From Eledone cirrhosa (Eukaryota): a stretch of 64,000 bases of DNA. The notes under the pieces were generated by a model. That model did not search any database, was not told where the DNA came from, and saw only the letters and a list, made by a program, of their open reading frames with translations. The position numbers were made by a program, and so were the translations under genes. Positions 18,489 to 31,957 of the stretch are shown piece by piece. Position 1 is the first letter of the stretch; each line of letters starts with the position of its first letter. The stretch lies in the NCBI GenBank assembly GCA_964016885.1, contig OZ024741.1:368466001-368530000 (forward strand), read 5' to 3'.

Positions 18489-19289
18489 CTGTAAATTATA
18501 TGTGTATGTATATAACCCTGTAGAGAAAATATTTATTATTAGCACAGATTAAGCAAATATTTAAGCAAATAATTTCTGCTTTCACTCAAATTAAGCAAAT
18601 GTTTAAGCAAATAATTTCTGCTTTCACTCAAAAGTGGGATCTTCTGAAACTAAAATCCCTGGATGCACATGTAAATATTTCTGAAAAATTATGAGCAAAT
18701 ATTGCCATAAAAAATAAAAAGACATAATGGTAACACGTGTTATGGTATTTGAAAATGTGGATATTTGCATTTTTGTAAGTGCAGTTGTTTTTGTGGAAGA
18801 ATAGTTTTCTGACTGTGAAACTTTGTGGACATGAAATCAATTTTCCAGTGAGAGATAAATCCTGGCAAGTAAAGTTGTTCACAGAGATACATCATGATGG
18901 CTGTCAAAGTTTGAACTCATGAACTCTCTTTTGATACCAGCCTGCTTGAAAACACTTCTGGTCCTATAATACAAAACTATTTGTTTTAAAATGTTCATCA
19001 TCATCATCATCATCATCTGCTTTTCCCTGCTTGCAAGGGTTCATATTTATCTAAAAACCTTCCATGATAATTTCATGTAAGAATCTTTGTTAAATTATGT
19101 TCTAGATATCAGCTTAAAATAATGAGAAAGCCTACCAATTTTTTTTAAAATTATTTTCCAAATTTGAAAATCACAAGTTGTCTATTTCATTAGAAATATG
19201 ACAATGTGAAGGTTAACAACCAAGAATTATTTTTAGTATTTGACGAAACGAAATGAGTATTTTTGCTAATTATTATCTTTGATTTGCAG

Positions 19290-19391
19290 CCTAAACTTTA
19301 TAGGACAGTTGTGGAAGATGTAATAACTAGTGTACGAGAAGCATTTTTGGATGAAGGTGTCGACGAACAGATTTTGCAAGAATTACGACAG
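19290..19391 (+). CDS. GTF2A1: TFIIA alpha/beta precursor, first identifiable coding exon (exon 2 equivalent): PKLYRTVVEDVITSVREAFLDEGVDEQILQELRQ
   Basis: tttgcag acceptor, cag|gtatgt donor, 102 nt, phase 0/0; matches the conserved TFIIA-alpha N-terminal helix (PKLYxxVIEDVIxxVRxxFLDxGVDEQVLxEL). Confidence 0.96.
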
Positions 19392-20997
19392 GTATGTTGT
19401 CACATTTTAGAGGTTTGTGATTTATCCAGTAAATTATCTTGGCTGGATTTGAACTCAGACTATAGAGGGCTGTAACTCTATGCTGCAAAGCATGATGGCC
19501 AACCCTCTACCAATACTGCCAAATAAGAAAGGTGGTGCCTCAGAATTGCCATCTTGAAACTATCAAAATAACATTTTACACTCCCCAAATCTCCATGGTC
19601 ATTGTCTGGTGTATAACCACATATTATATAACATGTAAACATTATTCCAAGTATGAGTAAATATAACATGTGTGTAACCACGTTATATTTACTCACACTT
19701 GGAATGAGGTAGGTAGCAGAAGGGAAAAAACTCTATAGATAGTTGTGATAAGCATGCTATGAGGTAGTCTTTGTGATGTATGGCTTAGTGGTTAGTGTTT
19801 GGCTCACGATCGTAAAGTCATGTGTTCAATTGTTGGTGGCACATTGTGTCCTTGAATAAGACACTTTATTTCACATTGCTCCAGTTCATTCAGTTGGAAA
19901 AAATAAGTTGTACTTGTAATTTATAGGGCCAGTCTTGTCACACAGTGTCATGCTGAATCTCCCTGGGAATTAACATTAAGAGTGCATGTGTTTGTGGAAT
20001 GCTCAATTACTTGCATATTAATTATACGAGAGGTGAAACATGATATAGTCTATAATTATAAGGTACTGTATTTCCTAACATTTTTGTACAATCAATCATG
20101 TTCTTGTGTTAGTAGAAAATTATGGAAATACACTTAAAATGGATAAACTATCACCAAGCTATGAGGCTCCATGTAAAAATATCTTGTCTGAACAAACCGA
20201 ACTTAACATCTCCAAGGAATGATGTATGCACATATTTCATAAAAATGGTATTTCAGGTGATATGCAATCTAATTATGGGTGAAAATAATAGAAATTGCTG
20301 TTTGAATTACTATTTAATTTTGTCAGACTCAATCTTGAAACTCGTGAATAGGAAATTAATTGTTTCTACTTTAGGCACAAGGCCAGCAATTACCCAGTGC
20401 ATTACTGGTACTTTATTTTATCGACCCCGTAAGGATGAAAGGCAAAGTCAACCTCGTGAATAGGAAATTAATGACAAACAAAAACGATGAGAGGACTTTT
20501 TAGTTGTCAAGGACATGACAGCCTCTCTAGTGTTGGTGCCTCAATAAAATGCACCCTGTACAATGCGTAAAGTGGTTGGTGATAGAAAGGGTATCCAGCT
20601 GTAGAAAGCATGCCAAAGCCGGAAAGTGAGACATGGTCCATAGTTCATTTTGGAGGACAGTAGCTTTGATAAAATACTGACTTTGGTCTGTGACGATCTG
20701 TCCAACCTATGTCAGTATGGAAGAATGGATGTTACATGATGATGATAAAAAAATCATTGACTTCCTGAAAAGTAATTACTACTAGAATTTTCTTCTGAGC
20801 ACATGGTGGAATATGATTATTTTTATGCTTACTTCATATGGCACTACTCAAGTGAAAAGCCAAGTTTGTAAAAGAACAGTCTGGTATATTTCCTGTTGAG
20901 TTCAAGTGTAGATATTTTAAATTTTTGTTTAGAATATTGTTAGTTTCATTGCAATGTCTTATAAGAATGATGGAATTTTTATGTATTTAATTTCCAG

Positions 20998-21115
20998 TCC
21001 TGGGAAAATAAGATGATTCAGTCCAAAGCTGTTGGTTCAGTAATAGAAGAACAAGTTTTATCAAGTCCTTATGCCATGGCAACGCAGTCACAGACAATCG
21101 CTGGCAAACAGAAAG
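20998..21115 (+). CDS. GTF2A1: TFIIA alpha/beta exon: SWENKMIQSKAVGSVIEEQVLSSPYAMATQSQTIAGKQK
   Basis: tttccag acceptor, aag|gtatc donor; WENK(L/M)xQS(K/R)AV continues the conserved N-terminal domain; ends phase 1. Confidence 0.93.
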
Positions 21116-22206
21116 GTATCTTTATTTTTCTTTCTAAAATAAATTATATATCTGGTTTAGAATAGATACAGTGTCCCTGCATGTTGTAAGAGGAGACTAA
21201 AAGGGCTGGTGCCAGGAAGGGTATCTGGTTGTAAAACATTGCCTCAAAAATATCAAGCCCCTCATGGAGTCCCATAAAGCTAACTTTTGCTTTAGCAGGG
21301 AAAAACGGTCTTAAAACACTTGTTTTTTTGTTATAACTCTATTATCAAAAAAGTTATCTTTTGTTGGGTAAGAGGAAGTCCCTGATTATTCTAAGACAAA
21401 GTCAATTGGCACCCATGTTCATTCATTGAATTTTGTGTTTCAAATAATTTTGAAAATAATAAAAAATTTGGAGAAATTTAATAAAATAGGTTTTTTTATG
21501 TTTAAGCTGTTTTGAACATTGCTTTAAAAATTTTTTAAATAATAATGATGATAATGACGGTTGTGATTATAATAATGATGGCATTGATACAAATAGATTT
21601 GATGTGGTATCTGAGCATAACATTTAGCTATAGATCCTGTATTTGATTGCTGAATGAAGCACAGAATGTTTCCATAACTGCAACTAGGAATTTTGAAACA
21701 ATACACAGTATCTATGGAAGTTATAACTTTACAACACAACCTGCTGAAGACTGTTGAAAGAACAATGGATAACCTATAAAACAAATTTTCCACTAGATAC
21801 CAATTAATTCTTATGTTCCTGCTAATAGTTGCCCAGAAATTTTAAAACCTAGGGCAGAATTAGGTAGAATGCTAGTCAGAATTGGGTGATGCATTGGTGA
21901 CATGCCTTTTATCATGACACCAATACTAAAGAGGTTGTTATGTCTTTGACACAGCTGAAGGGTCCTCCCAACCCTTTGATTGGCAAGTTTTCTATGGCTG
22001 AATGCCCTTCCTATCACCAACCACTTTACGGAGTATATTAAGTGTATCTATCATGTAGATCACCAATACTAGTGTTGTTTGACACAGTTGAAGAGTCCTG
22101 GCAGGTTTTCTATAGCTAAGTGTCCTTATCACCAACCATTTTATTTGTTCTGTTAGAAACGTCTCTTTAAGTGATACTTAAACTGTTGTTGTTGTTGTTG
22201 TTGCAG

Positions 22207-22280
22207 TAATGTCCAATCAGTTAACTCAAGCAATATCAGTACCAATTCAGATAGCTCGTACTGCTGGTTCTACAGATTTG
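22207..22280 (+). CDS. GTF2A1: TFIIA alpha/beta exon (variable middle region): VMSNQLTQAISVPIQIARTAGSTDL
   Basis: ttgcag acceptor, ttg|gtatgt donor, 74 nt, phase 1 to 0, compatible with neighbouring exons. Confidence 0.8.
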
Positions 22281-22407
22281 GTATGTTGTTTCTATTTCTC
22301 AACTTTTTCTTTGCTTTCAATTACTTGTTTTAAACTCTTGTAATACAAGACCTTGTAGTAAAACTTAGATCATAATATAAATACACCTCATTGTAATAAC
22401 ATATACA

Positions 22408-22790
22408 TCTCATAGTGTAACCAATATCTTAATATATACATCTGATAATGTAACTAAGATCCTAATATATTTATTTGATAGTGTAACTGAGATCTTAATA
22501 TATACATCAGATAATATAACCAAGATATTAATGTATACACTTGATAATGTAACCAAGATTGTAATGTATACATTTGATAATGTAACCAAGATCTTAATGT
22601 ATACATCAGATAATGTAACCAAGATCTTAATGTATACATCAGATAATGTAACCAAGATCTTAATGTATACATTTGATTGTGTAACCAAGATCTCATTGAA
22701 TACATCTGAAAATGTAACCAAAATCTAAATGTACACATTTGATAGTTTAACTAAGATCACAATTTATATATCTCATAGTGTAACCCAATT
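22408..22790. repeat. 33-bp minisatellite, about 11-12 copies, in a TFIIA intron
   Basis: Unit (a/t)gataatgtaaccaagatcttaatgtatacatc; gives the ILVTLSDVYIK periodic ORF. Confidence 0.92.
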
Positions 22791-22989
22791 AATAATGTGT
22801 ATGTTATATGTTGCGTATAAATCCCACCAAGATCAATTTTGCCTTTCATTCTTCCGAGGTCAATAAGATAAAGTACCATTCAAGTACTGGTGTTGATTTA
22901 ATCAACTTCCCTGCCCCATAAATTGCTGGTCTTGTGCCTAAATTAGAAACAGTTATTATTATTGTAGTTGTTTTTATTATATACTATAG

Positions 22990-23077
22990 AGTACTCCTGC
23001 TCAGACAGCTACTATGGCTCTCACAAGTGGATTGTTCCAGCAACAATTAGGTCCAAGTATTTCTCTGCAACCATCTG
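22990..23077 (+). CDS. GTF2A1: TFIIA alpha/beta exon: STPAQTATMALTSGLFQQQLGPSISLQPS
   Basis: tatag acceptor, ctg|gtaaga donor, 88 nt, phase 0 to 1; AT(M/L)AL..G motif resembles the TFIIA middle region. Confidence 0.85.
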
Positions 23078-23697
23078 GTAAGAACTTTGATATGTTTGTC
23101 AGCTCTCATTCACTCAAACACACACTGGTGCACATATGCATTAATGCACACCTCCTCTCCCCACATAGACATATGCATGCACATATTGAAAAACACCCAT
23201 AGGTGCACAATCACATGCATATGTACACAGAAACATGTATGTATATGTATGTACAAACGCATACCTGAACAATTACAACAAACATTTTAAGAGTTCCTTT
23301 GTTAAAGTAAGGGTTCAAGTTGCAGGCCTCGTGAAAAACTTTTTCATTTTGCTATATCATCTGCATCTCCCCTTCACTGATCTCCTGGCTTTTATTTCCT
23401 TCTCCATCATCTTTCTTGGTCTTTCTCTTCCAATTCTATATTCCACATTCATTTCCATCATTCCATATATTTTTACAATATTCGTCACTGGCTTTATTTC
23501 ATCCTCAACATTTCACTGTTTTTCTTCCTTCCTCTCAGTGATACTCTGCTCATCCACCATACCATTGAAATAGATACAAAAACTGAGAAATGCATGTGTG
23601 ATTATAAAATCTATGCACACAAGCACTAAAAACACTGCACATACATAATGAAACAAACACTAAAAGTGTACAAGTGTGTGAGAACACTGAAGCTCAT

Positions 23698-24140
23698 GCA
23701 TCATCATCATCATCATCATCATCATCGTTTAACGTCCATCTTCCACGCTAGCATGGGTTTGAATGGGAATTTTCCCACTTGAGGCAAGATTGGTTGTCTT
23801 GCTCGTATAGGACTGCCTGGCGCGTTTTCTACGGCTGGATGCCCTTCCTAACCAACCACGTTTACAGTGTGGACTAGGAGGTTTTTACTGTGTTACCTAC
23901 ACGGCCACATTACAGCGTGGACTGTGTTTTTTTTTTGTTATTTTTGTTTTTTTACACGCCCTCATTTGTTTCGGACTGGATGCTGTGGTACCAACATAAC
24001 TTTACATTGGAAGGGGTGGTGTGGATGGGGTGGGGGTAGTGTGGCCGGGGTGTATTTTTGTTAGAGGTGCCTACTGACTAGGTTTCGGTCTGTACTTAGG
24101 CAAGGCGGGTCTTCTGTATTACTGTGTATCGCCAAAGATA
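23698..24140 (-). mobile_element. RTE LINE 3' UTR fragment
   Basis: Homologous to 13796-14210 and 41700-42100. Confidence 0.85.
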
Positions 24141-24503
24141 GAAATTACAATATGCAAGTGCATCCATGAAAACACTGAATCACATGCACTATTGTACTTT
24201 CATAGAAACAAAATACGCATACACACACAGGCTTAAAGAAACAACTTTTCGTTTTAGAGTAAACGGGTGAGGATTTGCATGGGTAACCTATTGCAGTAGA
24301 TAGAAGAGGTTATAGATCAGTTGAATTGCCTTGGGGTGCAAATGAAGAATTTAACATTACAGACCTTTGCCTTTTGACATTAGATGCTTCACTACTTCAT
24401 TGTAATTGAAATCTCAGTCTGCCAACTCCTGATGAAGGCTCGTGTGACATACAGTATGTCTTGGGCATTTAAATCTGGTAGAGCTCATCCAGAGCTGATT
24501 TCT

Positions 24504-24536
<33 letters not shown>

Positions 24537-24844
24537 ACAATTGACCATTGAAAGGGTGAAAGGCAAAGTTGACTTTGGTGGGATTTGAACTAAAAGCATA
24601 GAGAGCCAAAACAAATACAGTAATGTACTCTCTCTGATGCTCTATTCATCATCTCTGTTAAACATCCATATTTTCACGTTAGCATGGGTTAGACAAGTTG
24701 TTTTGTTGTGGAACAAGTCAGATCAGATGACCGTTTCTTGCTCATACAGAACTATTTGTGGCTTGGTTCCTACGGCTGGATGACCTTCCTAATACCAACC
24801 ACATTTACAGTGTATTCTAGGTGCTTTTTATCCTGAAACCAAAA

Positions 24845-27180
24845 TGACTACGTTAAAAGTTGTTTCCTGTGAGCGTTTGATGCTTACTGCTTCTGTGCAT
24901 CAACCACATGTAAAACCTATGTTCTTTGCTAGCCTGCTTGTGATCCCACTACATCTCTTGTGTACTCATACTTTGCATTTGGGGCAAAGGATGGAATTCT
25001 TACCCACCCCATTTCTACACACTGAGCAGGGCTATTTCTTTCAATGGTTCAGGGCTTTGTTTTCCTCTCTACTTACTAGGACTTGAGTTTTTTTTCAAGT
25101 TGGCTTTAAGACCTTTTGATTCCAAGTTATGCTTTCAAGTCATGAATCTTTTCTCTAGTTCTGCCATAGATTCAGCTGTGTGTGTTAGATTATCAATATA
25201 TAGGAGTGGAGTTCCCAAGGGCCTCCTGTTTTAAACTCTTCTGCCATAGCCTGGAGCACAATAATAAACAGGAGATGGTTAAGAACGAAACTCTGGTGAA
25301 CCTGAATTTGCACGCTAAACTCCTCACTATAGTCATTAATTTTAACTTTGCTGATTGCACCTCTGTACATGGCTTGTACTACTCTCACAAGATACTCATC
25401 TACTAGTTTCCTAAGTGCCCACCAGATTATAGAATGGGAGACCCTATCAAATTCTTTTTTCAGGTCAATAAATACCAATTAGAGGGGTTTATTTTTAGCT
25501 AGGTACGTCTCTTGGACTTGCCTTACAAGGAAGAGGGCATCAATGGTACTTTTACTTGGCACAGATCTGAACTGGTTAATTAAATCCCTAATCAATTGTA
25601 CAATGACTTTCTTTCACTTTCATGGTCTGATACATCAATTTAATGCCTCTGTCTAGTGCATCACCTTTGCCCTTGTAGCAGTTGACAATGCTGTTGCTAT
25701 TCTCGATAGTTCAATTGCTTTGCCTATATTCATATCCTTAATTGACTCACTAAGCTGCTGCTGACTTCTACAGCTGGTCCCTTAGTCTGCCCCAAGTGGA
25801 CCCAACAATCTTCCTCCCATGCATTCTCCTCATTCATCAGTCTCGTTATGACACTTCCATGCTGCCTTCTTTTTGGTGTCAGTGAGGGCAAGAGCACCCT
25901 TGTCATCTTGGATACATTTCTCAACAGCATCTCAATTTTCCGACACACTGCTTCATGATCTTGAACACCTCATATCATATAACATGCATGTACATTTTAT
26001 TTTCTGCTTCCCTTCCTGTGAAGTATACTTATCGCCTAGCCTCTTTCCTAGCTTCTTGATAATGTTCCTTGCTTCCCCTATTTTGCCATTCCTTCCATGC
26101 CTGTCTCTTAGCTTTAATTGTTTCATTCATCCTACTATTCCACCACCCAGTCACTCTCCTATTCCCTGGACCTCTGCTCCAGTCATATACCTCATTTATG
26201 GCCTTCAGTAGCTAATCTTTGAGAAATTCCCACTGCTCCTCTATATTGTATGTCATTCTTCTTCCTTATTGTCAAAAGCATCAAGCAAGATATTCCTAAA
26301 TTTGTTACAAGCTGAGAGCTCATTTAACTTCCATATCCTTCTCGTTCAGGTTGCCATCAGTCTATGAATTTGTTTACCCCTAACAAATCACTAACTATTA
26401 GGTTATGTTGGGAGGTTCATTCCTCTCCAGGGAAGGATTTTGTGTTTACAACCATCACTCTCTCGTTTTTTGGTGAGGATGAAATCTATTTGGCTGGTGT
26501 GCTCACCTGATCAAGTGGTTGTCAGGTTTTTTTAAGTTAGTGATTCAGATCATTAGTTCCTTAGCATTACATAATTCCAGGAGCCTGGATCTTTCCTTAT
26601 TTCTCGCACCAAACCCATAACCTCTGTGGATCCTATAGAAGTCATTACTGTGTTATCCAACATGTCCGTTAAAATTAGCTATGATTAAGAGTTTCTCATC
26701 ATTCACTTGAGAAGTAGTCTGCATTAGGGATTCGTTAAAGTCATCTTTTAGTACGTCTGATATTCCCAATTGTGGTACAAATGCAGATGTAATAGTTACA
26801 GTTGTTCTATTCTGAGTTTAATGATTCTATCATTTACTCTGTTTACTGTGATTACATTATCTACTTATTTTTCTGCTAACAGAATACCTATGCCACTTAG
26901 CCCGTAATCATTGCCCATCCAGAAGAAATTTGTAATGTCGTTCTTTACCGACAAGGAGTCTAGTTGATCCTCCTCTCCATTTAGTCTCTTGTACACAACA
27001 CACATCCACTCTCTTTCTTTCTAACATCTCTACAATCTCACCTGATCTTCCTCTCATCATGCCTATGTTATTGGTTGCAACTCTGAAGTTTTGTAATTTA
27101 CTCAAAGAGTGGGATGGACACTTGAGAAGGGAGGTGGAATCTGTATTGGAGTTGGTGCCAGCTTTCCATGCCTTAAATAA
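24845..27180 (-). mobile_element. Degenerate near-full-length RTE LINE (APE endonuclease plus RT)
   Basis: RVATNNIG.MRGRSGEIVEMLERKRVDVCCVQETKWRG (APE); FIDLKKEFDRV..IIWWALRK and HQS.VL..LLF (RT); many stops and frameshifts. Confidence 0.88.
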
Positions 27181-28720
27181 AGAGGGTTAGCTTGGTTGCC
27201 TGTAGTCAAGTGGATTCATGCCAAGAAGATAATCTCCAATTCTAGTGTAGCTGCCACATGCTATTCGTATCTTATAGTAGTAGTGATGCTAAAGTTAAAA
27301 ATTAAGATATTTTAGCACCACTGCCATTTGATTGGTCTAGAAGTATGGTGGTGTGTTGGGGTTGGTGGGTGGTAAAATGGGGAGAAGAAGCAACTGCTTT
27401 CTCTGTCTGTGTTTGTTTCTATTATTTCTTAAATGTGATTGAGGTTTTTAGCAAGGAATATATATTTAATTTTCTAGAGATGAACTTCAAATGTACACAC
27501 ATATATAATTATATAAACCCACATACAGCTACTTTAACTGTTACTTATTTCTTAAATATGATTGATTTTTAGCGAGAAATATATATCCAATTTTTTAATA
27601 ACTACTAATTCACCACCTTCTTAGAGATTACATACCAACAAATGTTTTTAAAGCCATTTACTATGTTAAAACAGGGGTTAGTTTTACAGGCCCCTTGACA
27701 GATTCCATATCAATCATGGCATCCTTTTTGAGGTAATGTTTTACAGCCAGATACTTATTCTGCCACCAATTCTTTTTGTCATCTCTTGCAACACGCAAGC
27801 ATACATAAGAGGCGACTAAAACAGTTGGCAGCAGGAAGGGCATCCAGCTGTAAAGCATTATCTCAAAAAGGACGTGTTTTTCAAAATCTTTTAAATTCTT
27901 CATTCAAGAATTATGAGGTATCTTCAGTTGTGTTTAGGACATAACAGCCTCCCTATTGCTGGTGCTACAATAAAATGAACACAGTACACTCTATGAAATG
28001 GGCATTAGGAAGAGCACCCTGTTGTAGAATCCATGTGAAACAGTGTTGAGAGCACTCTTCTGTTGTCTTGAACATGATAATCTCCCTAGTATTTTTGCTA
28101 TGATAAAATGCACCTTAGGAACAGTGTTCAGCTGTAGAAACATTTCCAAAAGTGGAAAATACAAACAGGATGTACCCCCCACCCCCATCATCATTTTATG
28201 CTGGCATGAGTTGACTGTGTTGTCTTAGTCCAAGACTAGATCGGTTGGAGAAACCTCATCTTGTTCAAGCATTCCATATTTGGCATCGTTCCTACAGCTG
28301 GATGTCTTTCCTAACTCCAGCCACCTTGCAATGTATACTAAATGCATTTTAGCACTAACACTTTAGATTGCACTGGGTTTATTCTATTGCCGTTCAAACA
28401 CTACCATTTATCCGGGTGTACTGGGTGTATTTTATAAAGGCACCAGCATTATCATTTTTCCAGTGAACTGGGTTTATTTTATCAAGGCACCAGCACTATC
28501 ATTTTAGAGAATGTAGTGGTATATTTTATAGAGGCAACAGCACTACCACTTTTCCAAGTGTACTTGGTGTATTTTATAGAGGTACCAGCACTACTACTTT
28601 TCTGAGTGAACTGGGTGTATTTTATTATAGCATTGCCATTAAGTTATGGAAATGGCAAAAAAATGTTGTTTTTTTTGCAATTTGTTGCTTATTTATATTC
28701 AATATTCTTTTTCTTTTCAG

Positions 28721-28911
28721 TCACAGCTACCAACCATTACATCACCGTAACCAACATTCCACAACAGGCTGTCCAGTCATCACCACAAGTTGCTACGGCA
28801 ACTATCCCAGTTCCTAATGCAAATGCACTCATTCATAATCAAGTGCACACTTCTGCAAGTGTTGCTGCACCTTCTACCCAAGTCATGCACCCCACAGTAA
28901 ATGCTTCAACG
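28721..28911 (+). CDS. GTF2A1: TFIIA alpha/beta exon: VTATNHYITVTNIPQQAVQSSPQVATATIPVPNANALIHNQVHTSASVAAPSTQVMHPTVNAST
   Basis: Strong polypyrimidine tract ttctttttcttttcag, acg|gtaagt donor, 191 nt, phase 1 to 0; Q/T/A/P-rich linker. Confidence 0.85.
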
Positions 28912-29371
28912 GTAAGTACAGAACTGTGTGTTTGTCTTAGTTTCTTCTTGTACTTTGAAGGCATGGGATTTAGTGATTCAAGTGTTTGGCTCATGATCAT
29001 AATGTGGATTTGATTCCTTGATTGAGTGGTGTGTAGTGTCCTTGAGCAAGATGCTTTATTTCCAGTCCACTCAGCTAAAAAAAAAAAAAAAGTAACAGCA
29101 GCAGCTGGGGACTGATTCAGCGATAGACTGACATCTGATCCAGTAGGGAGTTTTGTTCTCGATGGTTTATTGCCAATTAACCAAGATAAGTTCTGTCCAG
29201 ATGAGCCTCTAGGCTTGGGACAAACTTTGGCTTAAACGTTTAACTGTACTTTGATGTACTAAATTTCTCCAGGTCATATCTTGGGGAGTGTCTACATAAG
29301 TTTATAATGTTTATTCACTGTAATTGTAAAGCTTGTAATATATGTAAGTATTGAATTAAATCTATTGATAG

Positions 29372-29509
29372 CCAACAAACATAATACAGTTTGATGGAGC
29401 AGCTGACACAAGTTCTGAAGATGAAGATGATTATGAAAATGATGAGAATGAAGATGAAGAGGACGAGGCTGCGAATGAAGAGGAAATAGAAACTGGAGGT
29501 GTTGAAGAG
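29372..29509 (+). CDS. GTF2A1: TFIIA alpha/beta exon with Taspase-1 site and acidic tract: PTNIIQFDGAADTSSEDEDDYENDENEDEEDEAANEEEIETGGVEE
   Basis: gatag acceptor, gag|gtaata donor, 138 nt, phase 0/0; QxDG-xx-DTSSE followed by an acidic stretch, as in metazoan TFIIA. Confidence 0.93.
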
Positions 29510-29603
29510 GTAATATACATATATCACATTAAATGTTGTCAGTTAACTTTTAATGTCATGTACCACATAAAATCACATTAGCAAGTACAAAACATTGACT
29601 GTA

Positions 29604-29946
29604 TCATCATCATCATTTCATTTTACGTCCGCTTTTTCCCTGCTTGCAAGGGTGGGACGGGGACTGATTTTGGCTTGGTTTCTACAGCTGGATGCCCTTC
29701 CTAACACCAACCTCATTTACAGTGAGTGTTGGGTGCTTTTTTTGCTGTGGCACCTGCACGACCACTTTGCAGTGGAATGATATGGACCCCAGTCCCTATC
29801 ATCTCATTTCTACAGCTGAGTAAACTGGAGCAATGTGAAATAAAGTGTCTTGTTCAAGGAAACAACACATCACCCGTTCTGAGAATTGAACTCACAACCC
29901 TTCGATTGCAAGGCCAATGCTCTAACCACTAAGCCATGTGCCTCCA
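29604..29946 (-). mobile_element. Young SINE family A in a TFIIA intron
   Basis: Near-identical to the other copies; tgtat repeated at both flanks. Confidence 0.9.
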
Positions 29947-31100
29947 TATGTATGACATAAAAAATTAAAGTCTTTACTCTAATACTGCAAATCTTCACAA
30001 AAATGTGTTCACTAGTAAAACATCGACTGTATGACATAAAAAATTAAAGTCTTTATTCTAATACTGCAAATCTTCACAAAAATCTGTCCACTAGTAAAGA
30101 TGGTGTAAACATTTTAATTAACAAAATCATTTTTCAATATTTTCTTCTAAATTATTATTAAAATGTTAAAAATTAATATCAACAACATAGAGTTGTAATG
30201 TTATTTGTTGTGTGTGGGGAGGGTGAGTATAGATGATGGGTTCCCAACCTTTTTTATCACCAACAAGCTCCTTTTATCCCAAAAATTTTTTTCTGCAGCC
30301 CCCCCCCCCCCCCCCCCCCCCCCGAACTTAGCTCGCTAATCCCCAATTTGGTATAGATGTGATGCATATGAAGGATGACGGCTGTATAAAAAGGTACAGA
30401 GTGCTCAAAGTTGATGGAAGCTATGGAATAGGAAGACTTGGGGTGAGGTGATAAAAGCTGACCTTGCACAATTGCACCTTTCAAAGGCAATTGCACAACA
30501 CTCAGATCTCTGGCATCATGCCGTAATATAGAAGACTCGGTTCCCCCATGCACAGGTTGAAGCATACATTTAGTATGCACCTTCACCTCCCGCCTTCTAA
30601 TGCCTCACCCCTCACTCATGTCCCTAGATCTACGTTGTCTTACATGTTCTAGTTTTAGCAACATCCTGTAATAATTTAGCAGGAAATATCTAAAAACAGG
30701 TTTGTTAATTCATAATTGTTAATTCATAATTGTTAATTCATAATTGTTGTATCTTTACTAGTGGAAAGATTGTTGTAAAAATTTGCTCTCTTAAAGACTC
30801 ATTTTTAGTATGATGCAAGGTGGTGGATTGGCAGAATTGGTAGAGTGTCAGATAATATCCCATTGCAGTATTTGTTCTGGCTCTTAACATTCTGAGTTCA
30901 AATCCTACCAGGGTCAACTTTAGCTTTTATCCTTCTGAGGTAAAGTACCAGTTAAGTACTGTGGTTGATTTAATCAACTTTACTCTTCCTTCAAATTTGC
31001 TGGGCCTTGCGTCTTAATTAGAAAACAGTTTTTAATATGTTGCAGTCATAGTGCTGTTTTAAACAGTTTTTTCATTATTTCATTTTTCACCTTAATTTAG

Positions 31101-31190
31101 GAACCTTTGAACTCCGAAGATGATGTAAGTGATGGAGATGTTACTGATTTGTTTGACACAGATAATGTTGTAGTATGCCAGTATGAAAAG
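31101..31190 (+). CDS. GTF2A1: TFIIA beta region exon: EPLNSEDDVSDGDVTDLFDTDNVVVCQYEK
   Basis: tttag acceptor, aag|gtgag donor, 90 nt; hallmark EPLNSEDDVSD...LFDT.NVVVCQY.K. Confidence 0.97.
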
Positions 31191-31957
31191 GTGAGACATC
31201 AGTTTCAGTTTTATATATTCCTTCATTGGAATCTTATCTTTTTTGTTAATACTGATATCATATAGGTTATTGTTATGTGATAGTGCATGGTTAATGTGTT
31301 AAGCTTGTGAGCATAATGCTATGGGTTTGATTTCAGGACCAGGTGGCATGTTAGGTTCTTGACAAAAACAATTCATTTTACATTACTCCAGTAAAATTGG
31401 CTTAAAATGAGTTCAAGCAAGAGATGGAGGGTGATAGACTGATGTTCTGTCATTTAACACCAATGAAACTAAGATAAACGCTGTCCCAATGAACTTCCCA
31501 GCTTTGGACAGACTTTAAATAATGTTGATATATGGTAGTTTAACAAACTGCATGGAACTGCTCCTGATTCTCTGTGTATTTCAAACTGTTTATATCTATC
31601 TAGAAACCTTCAGTGTTTCAAACCCCATTCTTAATAATGAAAAAGTTATATGACTAAATCACTCCAAATTTTTGATTATTTTCAAAATGATCTGAATATC
31701 ATTGCCAGTGTCTCATAGAAATAAGGTAACAAAATTGTTCATGCTAATAGAAGATAGGTTAGTGATGTCTTCCCTGTTTCTTCAACCTTAAATAATCATT
31801 TAGATAATAATTGTTCTAATTGACAGCATCAGTAGGCAACATGCTTCGTGGCATATAATTATGTTCCTGAGTTCAAATCTCGCCGAGGTTAGCTTTGCCT
31901 TTCATCCTTTTGGGTTCAATAAAATAAAGAACCAGTAATGTACTGGGGTTGATTTAA

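Noticed and set aside
22408-22790. 33-bp repeats as a CRISPR-like array or repeat-protein exon
   Set aside because: Head-to-tail units with no unique spacers, eukaryotic intron, no splice support
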